Assembly (NCBI GenBank): GCA_963706745.1
Contig: CAVPMX010000004.1
Coordinates: forward strand, 35,790-99,789
DNA: 64,000 nucleotides
Origin: an uncultured Actinomycetes bacterium
GTDB taxonomy: Bacteria > Actinomycetota > Acidimicrobiia > IMCC26256 > PALSA-610
Reading direction: 5' to 3'
Of the stretch, positions 30,245 through 39,621 are shown in pieces. The position numbers were made by a program, and so were the translations under genes. The number at the start of each line of letters is the position of its first letter. Positions within the stretch are counted from its first letter, which is position 1. The notes beneath the pieces were generated by a model. That model made no database searches. It saw only the letters and a list, made by a program, of their open reading frames with translations, and was not told the origin of the DNA.

Positions 30245-30382
30245 TGACGGATCGGTGGCGCGTCCCTACTTTCATCCCTACTACTCGGCGGTACGGGTCG
30301 GACTCGAAGGCCTGCGCGGACGCGAATGCCGAGGTCACGGCACATGGCGACACGCAGCGGACAAGCGGGTCAGAGCTACACG
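30245..30382. repeat. island right arm (second copy) abutting attR
   Basis: See 24361-24497. It contains the paired TCCCTACT motifs at 30263 and 30275. Confidence 0.85.
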
Positions 30383-30450
30383 ATCTTCGAGGGCACCTCC
30401 GAGATCCAGCGCCTGGTGATCGCCCGCACCATCTCTGGCCTGCAGATTCC
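30372..30450. repeat. attR-like direct repeat (displaced original 3' end of the acyl-CoA dehydrogenase gene)
   Basis: It encodes ...YTIFEGTSEIQRLVIARTISGLQIP followed by its own TAA (30452-30454), with no upstream gene body. Confidence 0.85.
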
Positions 30451-30506
30451 GTAAGGCCGCGTTCGACACCCGGGAAGACTTCTGCCTCGTCGGCTCCGCA
30501 CTTAGG

Positions 30507-30968
30507 TCATTCCGTCTCTAGAGCACGCCGCAGAGTTGCGGCGTCGACGAGATCTTGGGGTCGCCCACTGGCGAGCTTGTTGGCGATCAGGTCCTCCAGC
30601 GCGATGAAGTCCGCGTTGATTCCACCGACGTCGACAGCGATTCGGCGCTGCCAGCAGTCGGTGAACGCGACGCCGGAGATGGAAGTGAGTAGGTCGATTC
30701 GAAGCGGCGGATAGCCGAGTTGAATCACCGTTTCGGCCTCGACAAAGTCGTCGCGCGTCAGATGAAGCGAACCGAAGCCGAACTCATCGAGTGCCTCGAC
30801 AACCCGGTCAGCGTTATCGGGGTCGGGCCACAGCCAGATGTCGAGGTCCTTCGTCGCACGGGGATAACCGTGTGCAGCGAGGGCGTAGCCGCCGACTATG
30901 AGGAAGCGGACATCATGCGCGGCGCAACACTCGATGAACTCTCTGAAGTCGCGTGTCAGAACTAGCAC
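30507..30968 (-). CDS. nucleotidyltransferase-fold protein (MNT/DUF6036-like)
   Basis: FIECCAAHDVRFLIVGGYALAAHGYPRATKDLDIWL...LIANKLASGRPQDLVD. GTG start. Confidence 0.65.
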   Translation of the reverse strand: MLVLTRDFREFIECCAAHDVRFLIVGGYALAAHGYPRATKDLDIWLWPDPDNADRVVEALDEFGFGSLHLTRDDFVEAETVIQLGYPPLRIDLLTSISGVAFTDCWQRRIAVDVGGINADFIALEDLIANKLASGRPQDLVDAATLRRALETE

Positions 30969-31255
30969 CGAAGCACTCCAGACTGAGGTCGGTCGCCATC
31001 GCCAGTCGCTCTTCGCGGGATCGCACCCGCCAATGGCGCTCCCACGAGTAGTCGGGTTCGCTCAGATGTCGCTTCGTCGCCACAACCCCGATGCGAGCCA
31101 CGGCGCCAGATTACCTCCGCCCCCACGTGGGCAAGCGAACGCGCTGGGTCCTGGAGCGTGGCTCATGTCGATAGCGGTACGGCCTTCGCGAGCGCAGGGT
31201 TCCGCGGTACGGGTGCGCGGAGATGACCCGTACGGTGGTGCCGAGGCGGCCGGAG

Positions 31256-31699
31256 CTACTCGGGAACGGCCCAGTCGATCTGCGACGCCGGGACGCCGAC
31301 GGCGACCGCGTGCTGTCGCGCCTGCTCCAGTGTCGCTGTGTCACCGCGCTCGTAGCCGAAGACCCGGCTGGCGAAGACGACGAAGGTGTGGTCGCCGTTG
31401 TTGTAGTCGATGTACCAGGGGCCAGGAGAGAGGCTCGATGCCAAGGCGGCAGCGAGGTCGGCGGCCCGCGCATCATCGACCTCGAAGTCTGTAACGGTCC
31501 AGACAGGGGGCTGTCCTTCGGTTGGATCAGTGATGTCGAACCGCTTCGAGTGCACGATGGTGATTGTTGCGAGCGGTGCACGGTCGAGGAGGCTCTCCTC
31601 GATGATCACGCCTCGGTACACCGCATCACGGTACTGGTCGTCGCGATTCGGAACAAGCGTGACATCTGAGGTATGGATGCCCGCGAGGCTCGGATGCAC
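31256..31699 (-). CDS. hypothetical protein
   Basis: 147-aa ORF with balanced composition (RDAVYRGVIIEESLLD...WYIDYNNGDHTFVVFASRVF). No family recognised. Confidence 0.5.
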   Translation of the reverse strand: MHPSLAGIHTSDVTLVPNRDDQYRDAVYRGVIIEESLLDRAPLATITIVHSKRFDITDPTEGQPPVWTVTDFEVDDARAADLAAALASSLSPGPWYIDYNNGDHTFVVFASRVFGYERGDTATLEQARQHAVAVGVPASQIDWAVPE

Positions 31700-31915
31700 G
31701 AAGGCACGAGCTGGTCATCGTCTTGTGGAGCCACCGAGATGCCCACGGAGATCGCGGTCACCATGATCCGCTGGACGAGCACCTCGCGGGTCGGACAATG
31801 GGTGACGTGGACCCCGTCGTCGTTGTCGGTTCAGGTCACTTCGGCCTGTAGATCCAGTGTCTTGCGCCCGGTTGGTCGTTGCCCGCGCCAGCGATGGGGA
31901 GGCGCGCGGATGGGC

Positions 31916-32596
31916 TCACTCCTCCAGGGGTGTCTCGCGCGGCGGGGTGAACATGCCCAGGACACACTTCTCCGGCAGCGCTTCGCCATCCCAGCCCCAT
32001 GCCGCTATCTGGTCGTAGGACCGGCGTCCCACGGCGGCCCGCAGCACCTCGAAGCGAGTGACGCGCAGTGTCGCGGTCGGCTCGCCCGCGCCTACGACTG
32101 CCTCGCCGGCGTCGTGGACTATCCGCAGCGCTCCGGCCTCGCCCCTCTGCGCTCCGATCCCGCGCGAGACGCTCTCGAAGCCGAACGCGACTGCGTCGGA
32201 GTCGCGAGCTCCGGGTCGCCCCAAGGCCCCGCGGATGTCGTGCTCGTGGGTGACGGCGTCGGTGAGCATCATCAGACGCAGCATCGGGTCGAAGCCTGCG
32301 ATCATCGGTTCCACGGTCTCGCAGCAGCGCTCCCATTCGTCGAGCATCTCGCCCATCGGTGTCGAGTACCGGGCATCGACCTGGGCCTGGGTCCACGCAT
32401 CACCCGGCAATCCCTCGGTGTTGCCGGAGATCATGTCGGCGGTCGCGCCGACCAGGTGGGAGACGACGTCGCGCACGCGCCATTGAGGTGTCGCGGGCGC
32501 GATTCGATCGAGGTGGTCAGCGGGCGCGCTGCGCACGAGCTCGCCGACGCGGAGGCGAACGCCCCTGTAGACGGCCGAGTGGTCCAGGTCGCTCAT
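31916..32596 (-). CDS. maleylpyruvate isomerase-family mycothiol-dependent enzyme (DinB/MDMPI_N fold)
   Basis: ATG 32596 (MSDLDHSAVYRGVRLRVGELV...WRVRDVVSHLVG). The long upstream part of track ORF 31916..33409 is Arg-rich and rejected. Confidence 0.75.
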   Translation of the reverse strand: MSDLDHSAVYRGVRLRVGELVRSAPADHLDRIAPATPQWRVRDVVSHLVGATADMISGNTEGLPGDAWTQAQVDARYSTPMGEMLDEWERCCETVEPMIAGFDPMLRLMMLTDAVTHEHDIRGALGRPGARDSDAVAFGFESVSRGIGAQRGEAGALRIVHDAGEAVVGAGEPTATLRVTRFEVLRAAVGRRSYDQIAAWGWDGEALPEKCVLGMFTPPRETPLEE

Positions 32597-32713
32597 GTCC
32601 GAATGATATCTGCGGCCCGGTCGGTGCCCTGGAGCCGCGGTGCGCGATGACGGGAGGGCGCGCGTGGGCGCGCTGTTCTTGACGCGCGAAGTGCGTCGAG
32701 TGAAGATGATCGC

Positions 32714-33310
32714 ATGCAGGTTCGCCGGGTCCGACTCGGAGTGCTCGGACCGCTCGTGGCGGTGGCCTCTGTCGTGGCGCCGGTCCCGGCGGGCGCGTCG
32801 TGTGTTGGCCCGGAGATCGGCCTGTCCGCCACTGAGGTGGTAGCGGGGGACACGGTCACTGTGTCGGGCAGCAACTTCTTCGTCGGGTGCAACGACACGA
32901 TCGCGCCGGGTGAGGCATCCCCGCCGCCCAATGTGCCGGATGCAGGAATCGGGATCGTGTTCGAACAGGGCGGGACGGCGTCGACGCTCGCGACAGTGGA
33001 TGCCGGCGCCGACTTCAAGTTCCAGACCGATGTATTGGTGCCGCTCACCGCCGTCCCCGGCGATGCGGTCATATCGGCTAGGGGCGCGAACGGCACCCCA
33101 CAGCAGTCGCTCGCCATCGCGCTCGCAGGAGGCGGCTCGCCCGGGCGCGACTCCGATCTCCCCCGCACTGGAGGCTCGGTCGCGGTGTCTCTGGCCCTTG
33201 CAGCGTGCTTGCTCTTCCTTGGACTTGTCGCAGGGATCGCTGCTCGTAGAGCGCCCGCCGCGGCACTGATCCAACCCGCCGGCGGGGCTGGGGTCAGTGC
33301 AACGCCGTGA
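32714..33310 (+). CDS. LPXTG-anchored cell-surface protein
   Basis: Signal peptide; C-terminal sortase signal LPRTGG plus a hydrophobic segment plus ARRA. Confidence 0.8.
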   Translation: MQVRRVRLGVLGPLVAVASVVAPVPAGASCVGPEIGLSATEVVAGDTVTVSGSNFFVGCNDTIAPGEASPPPNVPDAGIGIVFEQGGTASTLATVDAGADFKFQTDVLVPLTAVPGDAVISARGANGTPQQSLAIALAGGGSPGRDSDLPRTGGSVAVSLALAACLLFLGLVAGIAARRAPAAALIQPAGGAGVSATP

Positions 33311-34307
33311 CGAGCTCGGCGATTGTGTCGTCGGTGATAGAGGCGTACGGGAAGTAGCAGCAGACTCGATCGGCGAGCCACCCGAATCGGTCGACGATGC
33401 GGCGTGCACACTCCTCTGGGGTGCCCCAGATGGCGAGGGTCTGCAGCATCGTGTCGTCGACCAGGTCGGTCATCTGCTGCCATTCGCCGCGCTTCGACAT
33501 GGCGTTCAGCTCCGGCTGCAGATCGCCCCAGCCCTCGACCTCGAGCACCCGACGGTACGACGGCGTCGAGCCGTAGAACGCCAGCAGCGTCTTCGCTCCG
33601 GCTGCTGCCTCGGCGAGCTCCTGATCGGTGCGACCCGTCGCGACGATGACCTCGGCGACGACCTCGAGATCCTCGGAGGTGCGACCGCCGGCGGCGAGGC
33701 CGCTCTCGATGGCCGTCAGAGTGCGCTCCCGCAGGTGCCGTTCGCTGTTGAACGGCATCACGAGCAGCCCGTCGGCCACCTCGGCGGCGATCTCTGTCAT
33801 GCGAGGGCCCAGAGCCCCCACGAGCACGGGGGGAGGGCCGTACGGATTCGGGCCCGGATCGAAGTAGGGCGTCATGAGTGTGTGTGTGGTGAACTCGCCG
33901 CGGAAGTCGAGCGGCGCCTCGCCTTCCCAGCACGCGAACACAGCCTTCATCGCGAGGACCAGCTCGCGCATGCGTGCGGCGGGCCTAGACCAAGTCGCGC
34001 CGTAGCGGCGCTCGACGTGGGCGCGCACTTGAGATCCGAGGCCGAGTCGGAAGCGACCGCGCGACAGCGTCTGTAGGTCGTATGCGCTGTGCGCCAGGTG
34101 CACCGGGCTGCGTGGGAAGGCGATGGCGACGTTGGTCATCAGGTCGATCTCGGTGGTGGTCGTCGCCATGACGAGTGGGAAGAACACGTCGTGAGCGTTC
34201 TCGAACGTGAAGAGACCGTCGACGCCGGTGGCGGCGAGCTCTCGCGCTCGGCTCGCGGCGCGGTCGGGAGGGACGACGAGCCCCACGTCGATGCGCATCT
34301 CGCTCAT
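33294..34307 (-). CDS. F420-dependent LLM-class oxidoreductase
   Basis: Luciferase-like TIM-barrel signature (GVDGLFTFENAHDVFFPL...GRFRLGLGSQV...YGPPPVLVGALGPRM). Confidence 0.8.
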   Translation of the reverse strand: MSEMRIDVGLVVPPDRAASRARELAATGVDGLFTFENAHDVFFPLVMATTTTEIDLMTNVAIAFPRSPVHLAHSAYDLQTLSRGRFRLGLGSQVRAHVERRYGATWSRPAARMRELVLAMKAVFACWEGEAPLDFRGEFTTHTLMTPYFDPGPNPYGPPPVLVGALGPRMTEIAAEVADGLLVMPFNSERHLRERTLTAIESGLAAGGRTSEDLEVVAEVIVATGRTDQELAEAAAGAKTLLAFYGSTPSYRRVLEVEGWGDLQPELNAMSKRGEWQQMTDLVDDTMLQTLAIWGTPEECARRIVDRFGWLADRVCCYFPYASITDDTIAELVTALH

Positions 34308-34378
34308 TCAGACCGCCGATCCGGAGTTCTGTCGGTGCTGGTCACAGGCGACGCGTCGGTGACGGCCGCCTCCCGCGG

Positions 34379-35287
34379 TCACATCGCCAGCGCGGTGCCC
34401 GTGAAGCCATCCTCGATGGGTCGGCGACCGGCGAAGAAGGGCTCCATCGTCGCCGCCAGCGCGGCCGAGTCCCAACGCCCTTCGGTGTCGAAGCGGTGCT
34501 CGATGGAGGGCCCCGCCAGCACGTTGACCATGCCCCCGTACACGACGAAGACCTGGCCGGAGATCTTCGCCGCTGCAGGCGACGCCAGCACGGCCACGAG
34601 CGGCGCCACGTTCTCCGGGGCCCACGCGTCGAAGCCCTCTTCGGGCGCGCCGAACATCCCGAGGTCCTCGGTCATTCGCGTGCGCGCCCTCGGCGCTATT
34701 GCGTTCGCCGTGACTCCGTAGCGCTGCACTGCGCGGGCGGTAGAGATGGTGAGGGCGCTGATGCCCGCCTTGGCCGCCGCGTAGTTCGGCTGGCCGGGCG
34801 ACCCGAACATCGCCTCCGACGACGTGTTGACGATCCTGCCGTAGACCTCGCCGCCGGCCTCCTTCGACTTGTCGCGCCAGTACCCGGTGGCCCAGCGCGA
34901 CATCGCGGCATGACCCTTGAGGTGCACGCGCATCACTGCGTCCCACTCGTCCTCGCCGAGGTTGAAGATCATTCGGTCGCGCAGGATCCCGGCGTTGTTG
35001 ACGACGATGTCGAGGGTCCCGTAGGTGTCTACCGCGAGCTGGACGAGACCGCGCGCGTAATCCCAGTCGGCGACGTCGCCGTGGCTCACCATCGCTTCGC
35101 CACCGGCCGCCCGGATCTCCTCGGCCACCTGCTCGCTCGCGGAGTCGGCCGAAGTCGCGCCGTCGCGGGTCACTTCGAGGTCCTGAACGATTACGCGCGC
35201 GCCTTGCCGCGCGAGCTCGAGGGCCTCGACTCGCCCGAGGCCCCGCCCGGATCCCGTGACGATCGCAACCTTGCCTTCGAGAAGCAT
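34379..35287 (-). CDS. SDR-family oxidoreductase
   Basis: GKVAIVTGSGRGLGR (TGxxxGxG), NNAGI, and the catalytic YAAAK motif. Confidence 0.88.
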   Translation of the reverse strand: MLLEGKVAIVTGSGRGLGRVEALELARQGARVIVQDLEVTRDGATSADSASEQVAEEIRAAGGEAMVSHGDVADWDYARGLVQLAVDTYGTLDIVVNNAGILRDRMIFNLGEDEWDAVMRVHLKGHAAMSRWATGYWRDKSKEAGGEVYGRIVNTSSEAMFGSPGQPNYAAAKAGISALTISTARAVQRYGVTANAIAPRARTRMTEDLGMFGAPEEGFDAWAPENVAPLVAVLASPAAAKISGQVFVVYGGMVNVLAGPSIEHRFDTEGRWDSAALAATMEPFFAGRRPIEDGFTGTALAM

Positions 35288-35311
35288 GCCGCCTCCTTGG
35301 AGTGTCTCTGC

Positions 35312-36550
<1,239 letters not shown>

Positions 36551-36741
36551 CTAGAACACGTTACAGTTCGACCCGGTGAGTCGCCATTCGGACCGACGTG
36601 TCCCAGGCACCCTCTACTCTGCAGCGACCGGACCGTGAGGTTCCGGACCGAGGGAGTGGAGGAGACGATGACCTCGATGTGGGAACGGGCGTTCAGCACC
36701 TGCCTGCCGGTCGGTGTCGTGGCGGCGCGGGGGATTCGGCC

Positions 36742-36834
36742 GTGAGCGGGCAGTGTCCCGTCTGCGGCGAGGATCGGTTCGACGGCTGGGACGACTGCCC
36801 GGCCTGCGGGCACCCCTACCCCAAGGCCGGCTGA
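36742..36834 (+). CDS. possible 30-aa zinc-ribbon peptide
   Basis: GTG start. VSGQCPVCGEDRFDGWDDCPACGHPYPKAG carries two CxxC pairs. It is short and unsupported otherwise. Confidence 0.3.
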   Translation: MSGQCPVCGEDRFDGWDDCPACGHPYPKAG

Positions 36835-36930
36835 GGCCGACACCTTCCCGGTAGCCACCCCGGGCCACTTCCCCCTGCGAGATGACCCGGTGCGAGGCAT
36901 GCGTTGCCTCGCCGGCCCCTGGAGGGGAGA

Positions 36931-37453
36931 ATGGCACCGAACGAGCGCATTCGCGCCGCTATCCACGAGAAGCTCGTCGCCCTGATCGGCGCCGAGGAGG
37001 CAGCGGCCCTGATGGAGATGCTCCCGCCCGAGCGTTGGACCGAGCTTGCGACCAAGCGCGACCTGGAAGCACTCCGTGCAACTACGAAGGCCGACATCGA
37101 TGAGCTCCGAGTAGCCACGAAGGCCGACATCGAGGGCCTTCGGGGTGACGTGAAGGCCGACATCGAGGGGCTCCGCGGTGACGTGAAGGCCGAGCTGGAC
37201 CGTCACTCTGCGTTCATCACGCAGTGCACCGACCTCAAGCTCGAGTCGGTCGAGGGCGCGCCTCCGGGAAGAGATCTCCGGCGTGCGGATGGAGATGCAC
37301 GACCTGCGCGGAGCTCTGGTGGAGCAGATCTCGGAGACGAGGATCACGCTCACCGACCAGCTGCGCGACACGTACCTCAAGCTCGTGGCCACGCTGGTGC
37401 CGTCGATGCTCGTAGGCGTCGGCCTCGCGTTCAGCGCCGCGAAGTTCAGCTGA
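36931..37453 (+). pseudogene. coiled-coil protein with C-terminal membrane anchor (DUF1640-like), frame break near 37258
   Basis: GGAGGGGAG lies upstream of ATG 36931. Heptad-like repeats TKADIDELRVATKADIEGLRGDVKADIEGLRGDVKAELDR. The sequence continues in the +1 frame as RLREEISGVRMEMHDLRGALVEQ...LVATLVPSMLVGVGLAFSAAKFS to TGA 37451-37453. Confidence 0.6.
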
Positions 37454-37506
37454 GGCTCCGGCCCCACTCGACGTATGTGTCGCACCCTTCGTGGATACTC
37501 GGTGCC

Positions 37507-39602
37507 ATGACGGTCGCAGCCGGTCCCGACGCCCTCGACGGTCGCATCGGCGACCTTCTGACGGCGCTCGCGGGCCCGGGGGCGGTGCCGCGCCCCGACC
37601 AGGCCGAGGCCATCAGGGCGCTGGTCGAAGGCCGCCGCCGGGTCCTGGTCGTCCAGCGAACCGGCTGGGGCAAGTCGGCCGTCTACTTCGTCGCTACGCA
37701 CCTCCTGCGCGAACGGGGTGCGGGGCCGACGCTCCTCGTCTCACCGCTCCTCGCGCTGATGCGCGACCAGATCCGAGCGGCTACGGCCATCGGGGTGCGC
37801 GCCGCGACGATCAACTCGACCAACTTCGACGACTGGCGGCAGATCAACGAGTCGGTCCTCGCGGGCGAGGTCGACCTGCTCCTCGTCAGCCCCGAGCGGC
37901 TCAACAACCCCGGCTTTCGGCGCGACATCCTCCCGCACCTCTCGCAGGGCGTCGGGATGCTCGTCGTCGACGAGGCGCACTGCATCTCCGACTGGGGCCA
38001 CGACTTCCGCCCCGACTACCGGCGCCTGCGGGACGTGCTGGCCGGACTCGGCGACGACGTCCCCGTGCTCGCGACGACCGCCACCGCGAACGAGCGGGTC
38101 ACCCTCGACGTCGCCGAGCAGCTCGGCCACGCCCCGCTCGTGCTGCGCGGCCCGCTCGACCGTGAGTCGCTGCACCTCGGAGTGCTGCCGACGCCCGATC
38201 GCCCCACCCGTCTCGCCTGGCTCGCAAATCATCTTCCGCAGCTGGCCGGCTCCGGGATCGTCTACTGCCTGACCATCGGCGACACCGAGCGGGTCGCCGC
38301 GTGGCTGAAGAACGCGGCATCGACGCCGTCTCCTACACGGGGCAGACCGAACCGGAGGAGCGCGAGCGAGTCGAGAGGGCGCTGCGCGAGAACGCCGTCA
38401 AGGTGGTCGTGGCCACCACTGCCCTCTCGATGGGATACGACAAGCCCGACCTCTCGTTCGTGATCCACTACCAGTCGCCGCCGTCTCCGGTTGCCTACTA
38501 CCAGGCCGTCGGGCGCGCCGGACGGGCGATACCTCACGCGACGGCGATCCTCATGAGCGGCGACGAAGACCAGGCGATCTGGGAGTACTTCGCCTCGGCC
38601 GCCTTCCCGCCCCGGAAGGTCGTTGAAGAGGTGCTCGCCGTTCTCGACGACGCAGGCGGCCCGCTCGGGCCGACCGCGATCCAGGCCCAGGTGAACCTCG
38701 GGGCGGGTCGGCTCGACGCGCTGCTCAAGATCCTCGACGTCGACGGTGTCGTGGAGCGCACGCCGGAGGGCTGGGCGCGCACCGGCCGGCCATGGGAGTA
38801 CGACGCCGAGCGACTCGAGCGCGTGGATGCTGCACGGGCGACCGAGGCGGCGGCGATGCTCGAGTACCTGACGACGGATCGCTGCCTCATGGCCTACCTG
38901 CGTCGCCACCTCGACGATCCCGACCCGCCGGACTGCGGCCGCTGCGCCAACTGCACGCGAAATCCGGTCTCGCCCGAGGTGCCGGAGGCGCTCCTCGCCG
39001 AGGCAGCGGCCTTTCTCAGGGGGGTCGACCACCCGATCGTGCCCCGCAAACGCTGGCCGACCGGCCTCGACGAGGTGAGGGGAGCGATAGCGCCCGACTC
39101 GCGCTGCGAGACGGGCAGGGCGCTGGCCGAGCACGGCGACGGAGGTTGGTCGCCGGCCGTGGAGCACCTCCTGGCCGGCGAGGCGCCGCTCACCGACGAC
39201 GTGGTGCGCGGTGTGGCGGCTGTCCTCAAGCGCTGGGACTGGGCTGCGCGACCGACCTGGATCGCCGCGATCCCGTCGCGCCGGCCGGCGCGTCAGGCCA
39301 TCGTCGACGCTCTCGCCGCCCGCCTCGGCGAGCTGGGCCGACTCCCCGTCCACCAGGTGATACGCCGGGTGCGCGACGGTCGCCGGCAGCACACCCTTGT
39401 CAACAGCGCGCACCAGGCCGGCAACGTCCTCGGCGCGTTCGCGATCGACTGGACCGTCTCGGCCGGGTCGGCGCCCCCCGACGGCCCCGTGCTCCTCATC
39501 GACGACGAGGTCCGCTCCGGCTGGACCCTCGCAGTCGTCGGTGCGCTGCTCCGCGACTCCGGCTCCGGACCCGTCCTCCCCCTCGCGCTCCTGAAGGCGT
39601 AG
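37507..39602 (+). pseudogene. rqlH: RqlH-type RecQ-like DNA helicase with tetracysteine module and ComF-like PRTase C-terminal domain, frame break near 38302-38312
   Basis: Motifs: VVQRTGWGKSAVY (Walker A), VVDEAHCISDWGHDFRPDY and LATTATAN. After the break (ORF 38301..39602): ATTALSMGYDKPD, YYQAVGRAGR, CLMAYLRRHLDDPDPPDCGRCANC, and the tail VLLIDDEVRSGWT. Confidence 0.85.
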
Positions 39603-39621
39603 AGGGCAGCGCTCGGCGCTG

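Larger units (their letters stand above)
17729..30375. mobile_element. integrative (probably mobilizable) genomic island, composite
   Basis: Bounded by the 75-79 bp direct repeats. It contains an integrase next to attL, a MobF relaxase, an Xis-like HTH, repeat arrays, visibly less GC-rich cargo genes, an internal copy of the right arm and an ISL3 element. No T4SS, coupling protein or FtsK-like translocase gene was seen. Confidence 0.8.

Noticed and set aside
28667-30247. 526-aa plus-strand ORF spanning the ISL3 element
   Set aside because: It is antisense to an intact ISL3 transposase. Only its first and last ~20 codons (outside the IS) may belong to an older gene tail.
32593-33933. 446-aa minus-strand ORF, plus the long N-terminal extension of ORF 31916..33409
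   Set aside because: Both are Arg/Gly/Pro-rich with no domain signal. The region is explained by the MDMPI gene (start 32596), the LPXTG protein on the plus strand and the LLM oxidoreductase.
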